64,000 nucleotides of DNA from NCBI GenBank assembly GCA_963720465.1, contig OY970393.1, positions 1,248,001 to 1,312,000 of the forward strand. The letters are read 5' to 3'. Position 1 is the stretch's first letter, and the number at the start of each line of letters is the position of its first letter. This stretch comes from Methanobacteriota archaeon. GTDB lineage: Archaea; Halobacteriota; Bog-38; Methanoflorentales; Methanoflorentaceae. This document shows positions 1 to 11,192 of the stretch, piece by piece. The position numbers and the translations under genes were made by a program. The notes under the pieces are model-generated. The model worked only from the letters and a program-made list of their open reading frames with translations, did not search any database and had not been told where the DNA came from.

Positions 1-168
1 CTGCGATGATGCTGCGGCTCGTTACACGCTAAGGGCCGATCAACGGTCATGCCTCTGCGCCGGCTATCCGATCTATGCAGCGCTCAGCGGAAGCTACTTT
101 TGCGTTCACGACACACCTGTGATTTAGCCACGACGAAAACACGGCTATTTTTACGTCTTTGACGTGCG

Positions 169-646
169 TCACCGGTTGAGTAGGTAGACCTACGCGTTCA
201 AGGCGGTGGCGATGGTCACCCAAACGATGTGCGGCACGAGCAGGTACAAGGCCCGCCGGTCCACCTTGTAGAACTGATAGATGGTGGTAGCGATCAGTAT
301 CCATAGCGGCACGATGGTGAGTAGGCCGTACAGTATGTTCTGCAGCCCGAAAAAGCCTAACGTCAAGATGACGTTGACGATGAGCTGTGCAGTGAAGAGA
401 GCGATCCCGATGTCTCGTGTGCGATTTCGAGGCGATCGCCGTATGAGGAACAACGCCAGTCCCATCAAAAATATAGAGAATCGTCCAGACAGGCCCAAAA
501 ACCGCATTCGGCGGATTGAACCAGGGCTTGTTGAGCGCAGCGTACCACGTTGAGATGGAGTTGATCGTAAAAACTGACGACCCCAAACCCGCTACCAAAG
601 GCACCGCGACGGAGACGATCAGTTTAATGATGTCGATACGTTTCAT
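169..646 (-). pseudogene. tspO: TspO/MBR tryptophan-rich sensory protein, disrupted
   Basis: WYAALNKPWFNPPNAVFGPVWT motif in ORF 47..661 continues in another frame (LMGLALF...LLVPHIVWVTIATALNA) after one extra T in a T-run near 470. An in-frame TAG at 190-192 precedes the typical VYLLN end. Confidence 0.8.
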
Positions 647-848
647 CGACCGTATTGGCATTGCCTTCTATAGAGCGGTTTGTGACTTGTTGTCTGCACT
701 GTCAGCGCCTCGCGAACTGCCTATGCGACAAGTATATTGAGCCGGACTCCAATTATATGAGAAGAGCGAAAAAGCACGGCATTTACCACAGAGCGGGAGT
801 CATAGTTTCTTTATGCGCCCGGATCAACCTGTATCGAGGGGGTGGCCC

Positions 849-956
849 ATGGAAGAGAAAAAGGAAGAGTACTACAAAGGGAAAGAAGTAAAAGGCAAAC
901 TAGAAAAAAAGAAAGAAGAGTATTACAAGGGCAAGGAAGTCAAAGGCGAAAAATAG
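849..956 (+). CDS. 35-aa Lys/Glu/Tyr-rich micropeptide with two KKEEYYKGKEVKG repeats
   Basis: Translates as MEEKKEEYYKGKEVKGKLEKKKEEYYKGKEVKGEK*. SD-like GAGGGGGTG upstream. The two repeats differ only at synonymous positions. Confidence 0.65.
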   Translation: MEEKKEEYYKGKEVKGKLEKKKEEYYKGKEVKGEK

Positions 957-1148
957 CCTTCCACCTCGGTGAAACGGCCTACGATCGGGGCGGAACGCCC
1001 GCGGTGCAGCGTGCACCAAACTAATCCCCGTTCAAAAAATTTAGAAGGCATGGAGCACCTTCGGACGAGCTGAAACCGGACTTTTTTTAAAGCCGCGCGT
1101 GACAGTATACGAAGCTTTTTATGGAAATGATCCGTGAAGGGATAACGC

Positions 1149-1637
1149 ATGAAGACCTTGATCGCGTACGATACGAAATACGGGACGACCACGACGATCG
1201 CCCGCTGGTTGTGTGAGGCCATCGCAGGTGACTGCGTTATCGCGAAAGTAGCGGACGTTACGAGCTTGGATTACGACCTCATTGTAGTCGGAGCACCGAT
1301 CTACACTGACGAACCACTTTCGAGCGTCACACAGTTCTTGCACGATCACCGCGAAGTGCTGAGTCGGAAAAACGTAGCGCTCTTCTTCGTGTACGACAAG
1401 CTTCTCACGACCAAGAGCGAGACGTACGTTGAAGAGCTCCGCGAGTACGCACCACCCGGTGTCCTCGCGGTGGGAATCTTTGGCGGCTATTTCGACATAA
1501 ATGTCCTCTCGGAGCACGATCGGCACACCATGGAGGACTTTTTTGGACGGCTCGGGAAGCGATACGACGTTGTGGACAGTCGGAACAAGGACGAAGTCGC
1601 GCGGTTTGGCACGCTATTGCGAGACACGATAGGGTAA
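1149..1637 (+). CDS. flavodoxin-domain protein (Flavodoxin_5/HemG-like)
   Basis: MKTLIAYDTKYGTT FMN-binding loop; YDLIVVGAPIY. Confidence 0.85.
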   Translation: MKTLIAYDTKYGTTTTIARWLCEAIAGDCVIAKVADVTSLDYDLIVVGAPIYTDEPLSSVTQFLHDHREVLSRKNVALFFVYDKLLTTKSETYVEELREYAPPGVLAVGIFGGYFDINVLSEHDRHTMEDFFGRLGKRYDVVDSRNKDEVARFGTLLRDTIG

Positions 1638-1829
1638 GCGACGCAAGGGCCCATTCGGCTGGCCAGCTCAGCGTAACCAGCCGAACCGCTTTCGACACCC
1701 AACTAAACACGAGAGGACACAACCAGCGAACAGAACGACCGAGCATCTGCGTCCTGCATCGCGTTGCGCACGACGTCGTTGACGATTTGTCTAGCTCGGC
1801 TCTGATCCCGACGACTTGCAGGCTCGTCG

Positions 1830-2004
1830 TCAAACGAGTACGTGCTGAGCAACGCGACCAGCCCCGTGCTGCGAACGAAACCCACATGACGCTCCTCGCT
1901 ATTTGGCCGGCAACGCCTAAAATAGAGAAGATTCCTGCACCAATCATGGCGCCGATGCCGATAGAGATGGCCGACCACAACCCAATTGGTTTCTTATCGC
2001 TGAC
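1830..2004 (-). pseudogene. N-terminal fragment of APC-family amino acid permease
   Basis: KPIGLWSAISIGIGAMIGAGIFSILGVAG signature; no clear start codon, homology lost after about 55 codons. Confidence 0.75.
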
Positions 2005-2292
2005 CGCTTTTCCCCGATAAAAAACGAGTGACTTTGCTTCTTGTCTTAGGTGATTGCCAACTACTATTTATGAACGACGCCGCTTCGCGCACGGTTCGTC
2101 TGGCAACGACCCGGGAGCAAGACGGGGCGACCTCGAAAAGCCCATCACGCACCAAACAAAGCGCCTCGCCAGTGCCGAGCCACTCAAACAGTAGTCTTTA
2201 TCGCAGACTCCCGCCCGGATATTAGTTGCACCTAAAAAGGCCGAGCAGCACTTAGAAACCTAGCTCAGGGAAAAGAGGGCGTAGCTCCCATT

Positions 2293-2736
2293 TCAAAAAC
2301 GGATTCGCTCAAGGGCTGATTCGCGCCCACTGTCTACAGAGGTCCAGAACGTCGCCTCGCCGTTTTGGATCCGGAATATGGCCTGATCGTCGGCGTGAGG
2401 ACGCAGGAACGGTCGCTCTGCTAAAAGGCGCTCCTTGAGGTTCGGGTCGTCAAGAAAAACCACGTCGCCTGACGCTCGCATCATCGTTCCGATGTCCGTT
2501 GAACCCTCTTGGCCAAGCGGGCCTCGAGGCGGGGCATAAAAGCACACCTCAGCCCTCCGATTTGCCGTAAGCTCTTGAAATATCTTTTTCGTCTTCACCG
2601 TAGAGAAATAGAAGCCTCGTGTATCCGCGAACCACATCCCGAGCATCCGCACGCGTGGCTGCTCACGATCACACGTGGCGACTGAACAGATCATGTGCTG
2701 ATTAGCAAAGCGCACGCAGTATTCAAAATTCGCCAT
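2293..2736 (-). CDS. pyridoxamine 5'-phosphate oxidase-like FMN-binding protein
   Basis: VATCDREQPRVR...FYFSTVKTKKIFQELTANRRAEVCF. Confidence 0.85.
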   Translation of the reverse strand: MANFEYCVRFANQHMICSVATCDREQPRVRMLGMWFADTRGFYFSTVKTKKIFQELTANRRAEVCFYAPPRGPLGQEGSTDIGTMMRASGDVVFLDDPNLKERLLAERPFLRPHADDQAIFRIQNGEATFWTSVDSGRESALERIRF

Positions 2737-2895
2737 AGCATTAACCTTCGCTTTAGTTGTCGTATTAGAGGAAAGGACTTGTTGAAGGCGTGACGTACCC
2801 TCGAAGCGCTCGCACTGTTTCGAAAACAGCTGGCAGGCTCATGTCCCCGCTCACGCGCGCGAGATCCGACCCGGCGTTTGAGCAAAGTAGCGCAC

Positions 2896-3460
2896 TCATT
2901 CGTTCACCTTCCAGTACACTCGGTGATCAGTAATGTCGTACGCAACTTTATAAGTGCTGACCAGTCCACTCAAGTGACCTTTTATAGTCGTGACGGAGAG
3001 CCAATACTGGGCTAGGTTGTCCTGTACGTTAAGCTCTTTGAGCGCAGCGTGGATGAGCTCTTCTGTTGATCGGGCACGCTCCAAAAATCGCAGTATCATA
3101 GCGTCAATCTCAACAAGCCGCTCTAGGTGAAGCTCGATCTGGGCGTCACTCTCGTCTTTTGACATGGCCTGGCTATGGCTCGGAACGAGCCAGTCAAACG
3201 TGGCGTTCTCTATTGCGCTGAGCGAGCGTCGCGTGAGCTCAACGTCTATTGAGTAGGGGAGCTTGTGCCGTTCCCAGACCGCTTTCGGGTACAGTGCATC
3301 TCCCGCAAAGAGTACCCGTCGCACAGATACCCCGTGTGCTCCATCGTGTGACCCGGCAAGAGCAACGGATCAATCTTTCCTTCGAAAGGATAGTCTTCGG
3401 TATAGTGATCGACCGTGCACGCGCGCCTAATCACGATCTCCGTTAGGTCTTTGCTCCGCG
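2896..3460 (-). pseudogene. C-terminal half of MBL-fold metallo-hydrolase
   Basis: LPGHTMEHTGY, then (1-nt slip in a GGG run) VLFAGDALY...LVPSHS. The N-terminal HxHxDH half is absent and the ABC permease stop abuts the fragment. Confidence 0.75.
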
Positions 3461-3462
3461 TA

Positions 3463-4212
3463 TTAGTCGTTGAATCTCCTGTACAGCCCGTTTGCTATAA
3501 GCTGGAAGATCAGGATGAAGACGACGAGCATCGCGATGTCAATAAGGGGGTTGAACGTCGTTTTACCGTTGTAACCGCCCTGGATAAGGTCGTTCGCGTA
3601 CGTGAGCGGTGAAATATATGCGATCATCTGCCCGACGGCGGGCAGTGTCGCGATAGGGATGAAGACGCCGGATATGAATATGAGGGGAAACCTGACGACG
3701 TTCACCATAGAAATGATATCCCCTGGACTCTCGGTCGGATATGCCGCAAAAAGGGTCCCCATCGTCGCAAAGCAGAGTGAACTGAGGAGGATCCCCACCA
3801 GAATGGGGATTATGCTCGCGATGGGCGTTGCCAAGATAAGCAGCGCCGCGACAAACACCACAAGCGCGATAACAACGCTATAGAGAAGACCGCTGAGGCT
3901 CTCGCCCAACACCAACGCGTTTAGGGAGATGGGTGCGGAGAGGAGCCGGTCAAACGTAGCCGTCCTCCGTTCGATCGGGATCGATACCGGCTCTATGGAT
4001 GATGCAGAGAAGAGGGTCGTGATGCCAACGAGCCCCGGGATCAGAGCAGTGGCGGTTCCAAGTTTCCCTGCCGTAAAGGCGAGGAACATAAAAAGAGGAA
4101 AAAGCACTCCGCCGACGATGGTCCCTGGCCTGAGATAATAGATGAAGACATCTTTTTTCGCAATCGCCCACGCGGCAACGAGCTCGCGGGAAAGGCGGTC
4201 TTGAATCCCCAT
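3463..4212 (-). CDS. ABC-2 type transporter permease
   Basis: Hydrophobic helices, IERRTATFDRLLSAP and FISGVFIP...SPLTYA motifs; directly downstream of an ATPase. Confidence 0.9.
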   Translation of the reverse strand: MGIQDRLSRELVAAWAIAKKDVFIYYLRPGTIVGGVLFPLFMFLAFTAGKLGTATALIPGLVGITTLFSASSIEPVSIPIERRTATFDRLLSAPISLNALVLGESLSGLLYSVVIALVVFVAALLILATPIASIIPILVGILLSSLCFATMGTLFAAYPTESPGDIISMVNVVRFPLIFISGVFIPIATLPAVGQMIAYISPLTYANDLIQGGYNGKTTFNPLIDIAMLVVFILIFQLIANGLYRRFND

Positions 4213-4216
4213 AAGG

Positions 4217-5173
4217 CTAATCGATGGCAGTAACCCCACCTCCTGAGCGCTGCAGCCCGGTCAACTTGACAAAGACGTCTTCAAGGCTCGGACCGAGGGT
4301 TGTGATGCTCAGCACCCGTGTGTTGTGTGTATGAGCGTATGCCATCACGCCGTCAATGACCGCAGACGGATCCTCGGTGTAGAGCTTAAACTTGTCGCCT
4401 TCCTTGCGTCCCTCGTTCACCGTGGGGAGCTGACGGAGCTCATCAAGCCGCGTCGGAGAGCTGCTGTCAAAGGAGACCTCGATCGACTGGACGCTCTGAA
4501 TCGTCTTTTTCAGCCGTTCGGGCGCGTCGATGGCGGCGATGACTCCCTTGTCAATGATCGCCACCCGGTCACAGAGGACGTTTGCCTCCTCGATGTTGTG
4601 TGTCGTTAAGAAGACGGTGACCCCTTCCTTGATGAGGTCGCTGATCATGTCGCGGATGATGAGGTTGCTCTCGACATCGAGCCCGGAGGTGGGCTCATCA
4701 AGAAAGAGCAGGCGCGGGCTGTTGACCAGGCCCATGGCGATGGTCAGCCGCCGCTGCATTCCCTTCGAGTACCCGTGCACGTCATCACGCCGCCGTTCAT
4801 AGAGCTCAAAGCGCTTCAGAAGCTCGGTAGCGTTCTTATCCCGCTCGCTTCTGCCAATTCGATAGAGCTGCGCGGCAAGCATCATGTTCTGCCACCCCGT
4901 CAAGTCAGTGTATACGTTGGAGGTCTCGGAGACGATGCCCATGGATTGCCGTGCGGCAACGGTCTCGTGCACGATATCGTGGCCGAAGATCTTTGCCACT
5001 CCCGAGGTCGGCGATGAGATCCCGGTGAGCATGCGGATCGTGGTCGTCTTACCGGCGCCGTTAGGGCCCAAAAACCCGAAGGTCTCCCCGGCCGCCACCG
5101 AAAAACTAATATCGTTGACGGCAGTGGCGGCGCCGAATTTCTTGACCAGATGAGAGACTTCAATCGCCTGCAT
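4217..5173 (-). CDS. ABC transporter ATP-binding protein (DrrA-like exporter)
   Basis: Walker A GPNGAGKTT, signature YSKGM, Walker B LFLDEPT. Confidence 0.95.
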   Translation of the reverse strand: MQAIEVSHLVKKFGAATAVNDISFSVAAGETFGFLGPNGAGKTTTIRMLTGISSPTSGVAKIFGHDIVHETVAARQSMGIVSETSNVYTDLTGWQNMMLAAQLYRIGRSERDKNATELLKRFELYERRRDDVHGYSKGMQRRLTIAMGLVNSPRLLFLDEPTSGLDVESNLIIRDMISDLIKEGVTVFLTTHNIEEANVLCDRVAIIDKGVIAAIDAPERLKKTIQSVQSIEVSFDSSSPTRLDELRQLPTVNEGRKEGDKFKLYTEDPSAVIDGVMAYAHTHNTRVLSITTLGPSLEDVFVKLTGLQRSGGGVTAID

Positions 5174-5520
5174 CAGTTTTCACATTGAGTTCGCGGGACT
5201 ACTATTTTAAGTTCGCCCTTATGAACATAGATCCGTCGACGCATCGACCAGCTGCTCGCGTCTAGCAGCCCTTGCTTCGCCGAGCTGGGCGTCACAATCG
5301 GATACGCAGGGGACCTGCAGGACATCCCCGAACGCAGGATGGGTGTGCGCCCCCACCGCGGCGCTCGATGCCCGCTGAGACGGCGAAATGATGACGTGCG
5401 AAGCGTAAGGGCTCGCATCGCCGGCATCGCTATGACATGTTTTAACAGCAATCGAACAAGAAATTTGGACGAACGGAGCGGGCGAGATGTTTATATCTTG
5501 AAGTGCTCGTTATTTTCACT

Positions 5521-6387
5521 ATGTATCCCAGAAGCTTCGACTATTTTGCACCAAAAAGCCTCGGCGAAGCTTTGGAGCTTCTTGGAGGGAACCCGGAGGT
5601 CAAAGTACTGGCAGGCGGCCAGAGCCTGGTACCCTCACTGAAATTGAGGGTGCTCTCACCAGAAGCTCTGGTGGATATCACCGGCATCAAAGACCTGTGC
5701 TACGTTCGTCACGAGGGGCAGGTCCTTGCAATTGGCGCGTTGACCACCGTCGCGGCCGTAGCAAACGACCGAACGGTCGCATCGTCACTGCCGGTTTTGC
5801 ATGAAGCCGCAGAGCAGATCGCTGACCCGCTGGTGCGGAACCGCGGAACGATCGGCGGCAATCTGTGCAACGCAGACCCGATAAACGACCTGCCAGCGGT
5901 AATGCTGGCCCTCAACGCGTCGATGGTGGCGATGAGCAGACGTGGAACCAGAAGAATTGACGCGGATTCGTTCTTCGTGGGCGCAGGTCACACCGCTCTG
6001 TCCCCTGAAGAGATCCTTACCCAAGTCGAGATCCCGGTGCAGGCCGGATTCGGGAGTGCCTATCGCAAAGTAAGGAAGGGTTCAGGCGGTTTCTCTATTG
6101 CCGGAGTGGCATCGTGTCTTTCGGTTGCTGGTGAGGGCACCATCGCCCGATGCAGGATCGCAATGACCGCGGTGGGTCCGAGTGTCCTGAGGGCGGAGAA
6201 CGCCGAACGCGCCCTTCTGGGGGAAGTCCCATCGGATTCGGTGCTGGATCGCGTAGCGGGGTTGGCCGTGGAAGCGTCGCAACCGTCTAGCGATCTCACC
6301 GCCTCAAAGGAATATCGGCGTAGAGCATTACATAAGCTCGTGAAAGAAGCGGTAGGGGCCTCGTACGACGGGGCAATCGTGCACTGA
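5521..6387 (+). CDS. coxM: xanthine dehydrogenase/CoxM-family FAD-binding medium subunit
   Basis: [28 protein letters not shown] motifs. Confidence 0.9.
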   Translation: MYPRSFDYFAPKSLGEALELLGGNPEVKVLAGGQSLVPSLKLRVLSPEALVDITGIKDLCYVRHEGQVLAIGALTTVAAVANDRTVASSLPVLHEAAEQIADPLVRNRGTIGGNLCNADPINDLPAVMLALNASMVAMSRRGTRRIDADSFFVGAGHTALSPEEILTQVEIPVQAGFGSAYRKVRKGSGGFSIAGVASCLSVAGEGTIARCRIAMTAVGPSVLRAENAERALLGEVPSDSVLDRVAGLAVEASQPSSDLTASKEYRRRALHKLVKEAVGASYDGAIVH

Positions 6388-6394
6388 GGAACGC

Positions 6395-6871
6395 ATGAGA
6401 ACAAGGTTTACGGTGAATGGCGAAAACGTCGAGATGGACGTGGAGCCACGAAGGCTGCTTGTAAGCGTCCTCAGAGAGGAATTAGGACTTACTGGGACGC
6501 ACATCGGCTGTGATACGACGAACTGCGGTGCGTGCACGGTTTTGGTGGATGGTACCGCGATCAAATCGTGCACGATGCTGGCGGTCCAGGCAGACGGCAC
6601 AGAGATACTGACCATTGAAGGGTTAGCCGAAGAGGGGGCGCTCCATCCCGTGCAAAAAGCTTTTGTAGAGAAGCACGGGCTCCAATGTGGTTTTTGCACG
6701 CCGGGAATGGTCATGACGTCCTACTGGCTTCTCAGCCAGAACAAGGACTGGGACGAAGAGGAGATAAAGAAACAGCTCTCCGGAAACCTGTGTAGATGCA
6801 CGGGCTATCGCAACATTATCGAGTCTCTCAAGCGCGCCAAAGAGCTCATGAGGGAGGAGGCAATCCGATGA
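6395..6871 (+). CDS. coxS: CoxS-family [2Fe-2S] small subunit
   Basis: [28 protein letters not shown]. Confidence 0.95.
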   Translation: MRTRFTVNGENVEMDVEPRRLLVSVLREELGLTGTHIGCDTTNCGACTVLVDGTAIKSCTMLAVQADGTEILTIEGLAEEGALHPVQKAFVEKHGLQCGFCTPGMVMTSYWLLSQNKDWDEEEIKKQLSGNLCRCTGYRNIIESLKRAKELMREEAIR

Positions 6872-8889
6872 GCGCGCCCGAGTTATTAGTCAAAGGGGCA
6901 GGGAAATATGTGGACGACATCACGCTGCCACGCACGCTTCACATGGCGGTTGCAAGGAGCCCCTACGCAAGGGCGAACGTGCTCTCGGTCAAGGGGGGCA
7001 TGAACGCTGGCGACCTGCACACACTTGTCGGGGGGTTCGGAGAGGGCGCTCGCGGGGATACGAACCCGGCCGTCTTGCACCCCGTGTTTGCATCAGACAC
7101 CGTGAACTACGTAGGCCAACCTGTCGCCGCGGTGTTTGCGGGAGATCGTTACGCCGCTGAAGACAAGCTCGACGAAATCGACGTTGAATATGAACCGCGG
7201 GAGCCCATCACCACGATAGGAGGAGCTCTTTCGGCCGCCCCACTCCACGCAGGCACCCGGTCAAACGTCATACAGCAGTCGTGGGTCGGAGCTGATTTTG
7301 ATGACCCGCCGTCCCCTGTGGTGCTGGAAGAAGCGTTTACGATCGACAGGATAACAAACAATCCGCTCGAACCGCGGGGGATCATCGCCGATTATGACGG
7401 GGCTCGACTAACCGTGTACATCTCCACCCAAGCGGTGTTTAGCATAAAGCGTGGGCTGTGCAACACCCTCAAGCTGGAAAGCTCGAACGTGAGGGTGGTT
7501 CAAGCAGACACAGGGGGGGCGTTCGGGGTGAAAAGCGCACTGTATCCTGAGTACGTGATGGCGGCGTACGCGACCATGACATACCGGAGACCCGTGAAGT
7601 GGATTGAGAGCCGTAGCGAGCACCTCGCCGCAAGTCAGCCGGGCAGGGGGGTGCACGGCAAGATGAAACTGTTCGCCAGCACCGACGGCAGAGTGGAGGC
7701 GTTGCGCGCCGAAGTGACCACAGACGCGGGCGCCTTTGGAGGGACGGCAGGCACGTTTTCTCCCTTTTTCATAGCGATGCAGCTGACCGGGCCCTATGGC
7801 ATAGAGAGGGCTCGCGTGCGAGCGACGTCCGTCATGACCAATAAGCCCCCCCAAGGTCCCTATCGAGGCGCAGGGAGACCTGAGGCCGCATTCTTCATGG
7901 AAAGGATGATGGACGCGCTTGCCGATGAGGTCGGAAAGGGGGCAGACGAAGTACGCCTCGTCAATACCACGACACAGCCCTTCACCTCCCCACTCGGCCT
8001 CAAGATTGACGCATCGCGTCCTTTCTTCACGAGAGCGGTGGCTGAGCTCAAGTACAGGGAAAAATCGCAGAGCGACAAGGCCGGGCTGAGCTTCTTCGTG
8101 CTCGTGCCCGCCGTACCACCAGGAGAGTCCGCGAGGATACGCGTGCAAAACGGCACGATAGACGTGTGGTTAGGCAGCAACCAGCACGGTCAGGCACACA
8201 CTGCCTTTGTGAAGCGATTGCTGAGCGAAGAGCTCGGCGTCGCTCCCGACGTGATCGCTCTGAATACCGGAGACAGCGACATGCTCAAAAACGGCGTAGG
8301 GACGTGGGGAAGCCGGAGCGCCATCGTCGGCGGCGCTGCCGTGGTCGCCGCGGCACGAAACGTGAAGACGCAAGTAGAGCGCAGGCGCGGAGCCTACACC
8401 GCGGAAGCGCTACTCGACGGCAGCTATGACGCCGAGGTCTTTGATAAGCATTCAGGACAGGTAAACTCGTTTGGCGCAAACCTCGCAACAATACGTATCG
8501 ACAAGTTCGGTATGGTGACCGTAACGGAGTGCGCCGCGCACTATGACGTCGGCAGGGCGCTCACCCCCGGAGTGGTCGAGGGGCAGATCGTCGGCGGGTC
8601 CGTGCAGGGCATTGGCCAGGTGCTGTACGAGGGGGTGGTGCACGATGCGGAGGGCAGACTGCTCACGAAGGACCTCTTCGACGCGGGCCTGCCGATCGCC
8701 GAGAACATCCCAGAATTTTCTATCACCATCGTCGAACAGCCGTCGTCGTACCTGCACAGAGCTAAGGGCGTTGGCGAGGCGCCGACGATCGGCGTGCCTC
8801 CCGCCGTCGTGCGGGCTATCGAGAACGTGTCGGGCGTTAGGATACGACATACCCCCATCAGCCCTGAGGAACTCATCGCAGACGCATAG
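6868..8889 (+). CDS. molybdopterin-binding large subunit, xanthine dehydrogenase/form II CoxL (CutA)-like
   Basis: ATGA overlap with coxS; [29 protein letters not shown] motifs; lacks the form I AYxCSFR loop. Confidence 0.9.
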   Translation: MSAPELLVKGAGKYVDDITLPRTLHMAVARSPYARANVLSVKGGMNAGDLHTLVGGFGEGARGDTNPAVLHPVFASDTVNYVGQPVAAVFAGDRYAAEDKLDEIDVEYEPREPITTIGGALSAAPLHAGTRSNVIQQSWVGADFDDPPSPVVLEEAFTIDRITNNPLEPRGIIADYDGARLTVYISTQAVFSIKRGLCNTLKLESSNVRVVQADTGGAFGVKSALYPEYVMAAYATMTYRRPVKWIESRSEHLAASQPGRGVHGKMKLFASTDGRVEALRAEVTTDAGAFGGTAGTFSPFFIAMQLTGPYGIERARVRATSVMTNKPPQGPYRGAGRPEAAFFMERMMDALADEVGKGADEVRLVNTTTQPFTSPLGLKIDASRPFFTRAVAELKYREKSQSDKAGLSFFVLVPAVPPGESARIRVQNGTIDVWLGSNQHGQAHTAFVKRLLSEELGVAPDVIALNTGDSDMLKNGVGTWGSRSAIVGGAAVVAAARNVKTQVERRRGAYTAEALLDGSYDAEVFDKHSGQVNSFGANLATIRIDKFGMVTVTECAAHYDVGRALTPGVVEGQIVGGSVQGIGQVLYEGVVHDAEGRLLTKDLFDAGLPIAENIPEFSITIVEQPSSYLHRAKGVGEAPTIGVPPAVVRAIENVSGVRIRHTPISPEELIADA

Positions 8890-8953
8890 TGTGCGTTTGT
8901 ACGAAAAGAAGACAGGCGCAGGTGCAAAAGCCGCTTCAGGTGGAGCGAATGCA

Positions 8954-9781
8954 ATGACCTCAGACGTGGACATTCTGACTGAAGCGCGACGGCTATTGAA
9001 GAAGGGGACGCGGCTTGCCTTGTGCACGGTCATCGAGAAAAAGGGTTCGGGGCCGAGGGAGGTGGGGGCGAAAATGATCGTCCGAGAAGGTGGAGCGACC
9101 TACGGGACGATCGGTGGCGGGGCCCTCGAAAAAGCGCTTGTCGATCAGTGTATACGAGCCTTGGAAGAACATACAGGGCGAACGGTTACATTCAACATGA
9201 CCAGCGATCGGAAACTGAGGATGATTGAAACGGGCCTGATGTGCGGCGGTCAGATGACAGTATTTGTTGACACCGTTGAACCGGATCCGCGGCTGATCAT
9301 CGTCGGATCGGGCCACGTCGCATTGCCTTTGGCACGGTTGGCCGAAATCGTGGGGTTCGGAATAATCATCATCGATGATGATGCTGAGCGAGCCACAGAA
9401 GAGCGCTTTCCGACGGCCGAACGCGTCATCACCGGCGATTTCGCCAGCGCGGTGGGTGACCTTGAGGTATACCCCACTGACTTCGTCGTCATTGTTCATG
9501 GAGAACCCGAACACGATTACATCGCGTTAAAGACCATGGTAGCCAAGAAACCTACCTACATCGGCCTCCTCGGCAGCAGGACAAAAGTTGCACACCTGGT
9601 GCGACGGCTTCAAACGGACGGCATCGGCGCGGGGGAGCTCACAATGCTGCACGCGCCGGTGGGTGTGGCCATAGGTGCTCAGACGCCTGAGGAGATCGGG
9701 ATCAGCATACTCGCTGAAGTCATCCGGCACAAGAGAGCGCATCGTCAAGCACGCAAAGCTTCACGGGCCGCGGTTCATTAG
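8954..9781 (+). CDS. xdhC: XdhC/CoxI-family molybdenum cofactor insertion chaperone
   Basis: GSGPREVGAKM, GTIGGG, CGGQM, YIGLLGSR, AQTPEEIGISI. Confidence 0.92.
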   Translation: MTSDVDILTEARRLLKKGTRLALCTVIEKKGSGPREVGAKMIVREGGATYGTIGGGALEKALVDQCIRALEEHTGRTVTFNMTSDRKLRMIETGLMCGGQMTVFVDTVEPDPRLIIVGSGHVALPLARLAEIVGFGIIIIDDDAERATEERFPTAERVITGDFASAVGDLEVYPTDFVVIVHGEPEHDYIALKTMVAKKPTYIGLLGSRTKVAHLVRRLQTDGIGAGELTMLHAPVGVAIGAQTPEEIGISILAEVIRHKRAHRQARKASRAAVH

Positions 9782-10360
9782 GGTTCGAATGCGGGCATAA
9801 TCCTCAGGCGTATCTATGTCCATGATGGTCCATTCCGGTGCCTCGACGGTGAGCAGTCTGGCCGCGTGCCGATGAATGACGTCTCGGATGGTTTCATTTT
9901 CGTCCAAACCTAATATTTCGGCGAAGAGCTCTCTGCGAAAGAGCACTGGATGCCCCTTCTTTCCTTCACATATCGGGCTCACGATAAGTGTTTCGCGATT
10001 GTCCGCCAACTGGTGCACCATGACGTTCAGCAGGTTTTTGTCGAGAATGGGTTGGTCTCCGAGAACGAGGAATGCGGCGTCAACATAACGCAGCAGCTGC
10101 AGCCCCTTTTGAAAAGATGACGCCATCCCTCCCTTATGGTCCCGGTTTATCACTATCTGCACCGTGTTCCTCGGCGTCAAAACGTCGATCATTTTCTCAG
10201 GCTTATGTCCCAATACCACCACGGTTTCGTGTATGTCAGCAGCTGCTATCGCGTTCAAGACGTGATCTATTAAGGTGTTATCGTTCAGGCGCAAGAGGAG
10301 CTTATTTTGCCCCATGCGTTCAGACCTGCCAGCTGCCAAGACGATTGCCGCCGTCATCAT
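9761..10360 (-). CDS. mocA: molybdenum cofactor cytidylyltransferase (MocA-like)
   Basis: LAAGRSERMGQNKLLL, LGDQP, GHPVLF, DIDTPEDY; convergent with xdhC. Confidence 0.85.
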   Translation of the reverse strand: MMTAAIVLAAGRSERMGQNKLLLRLNDNTLIDHVLNAIAAADIHETVVVLGHKPEKMIDVLTPRNTVQIVINRDHKGGMASSFQKGLQLLRYVDAAFLVLGDQPILDKNLLNVMVHQLADNRETLIVSPICEGKKGHPVLFRRELFAEILGLDENETIRDVIHRHAARLLTVEAPEWTIMDIDTPEDYARIRTLMNRGP

Positions 10361-10705
10361 AGTATCATCCGTGAATGGTAGGGATAAGGCCTTTTGCAAC
10401 ACCAGAACAGCGCTTTGCGTTAGACACCACTGGCTATGAAGCACTCTCTAGACGACGAATTTATCGGTTTGGAATAAAACTGTTCTGCTCGTCGACGAAC
10501 GAAAAACTGGCGATTTTGAACTACGAACGAACCACAGATGAGAGACGTCAATGCTGCCACGGGCGCTACCCAAAAAAAGAGGATTTTTTACGCTAGTTAG
10601 TTCGTTCGTATTGCGCCGCTAAATCCTTGGCGTTTCCGGTCGACCAGTCGTGCCTCTGGGGGTAACCCGTCAGGCTATTAAGCGGGTGCGGCATAACGCA
10701 CAGCG

Positions 10706-11192
10706 ATGAAAACACTCGTAGCCTATTACTCGCGAACCGGAAACACGAAAAAGGTCGCCGAGGCGCTTGCTGAAAACCTCAACGCCGATGTTGAATCGAT
10801 CACGTCCGACACGAAAGACAAGGGCATGGGCAGGTTGGCGATGCAGGCATTCCTGCGGGTCCACGCGAAAATCGCACAAACAATGAACGACGCCGCGTCT
10901 TATGATTTGGTGGTCGTCGGCAGTCCTGTGTGGGCGGGCAAAATGTCCAGCCCGATACGAACGTATCTTGCAAAAAACCAAAGACAGGTTCACCAGCGTC
11001 GCCTTCTTTTGCACGCACGGAAACCCAGGCAGCGAGGGCGGCGCAAAGATGCTGGAAAGCATGGAAACGCTTTCCGGAAAAAAGTCGGCGGGTATGCTTG
11101 ACGTTCCAGCTAACGACGTGGAAAGCGGGGCATACGCCGAGAATGCAGAGCGCTTTGCGGCCGCACTCCTGGAATTACCTTCTTCGCTGTAG
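10706..11192 (+). pseudogene. flavodoxin family protein, 1-nt frameshift
   Basis: YYSRTGNTKKVA...VGSPVWAG; the C-terminus (FTSVAFFCTHG) is in another frame after the A-run at about 10972. Possible sequencing error. Confidence 0.8.

Noticed and set aside
6868-8889. Bona fide aerobic CO dehydrogenase (form I)
   Set aside because: The active-site loop is YRGAGR, not AYxCSFR, and no coxDEG genes are present.
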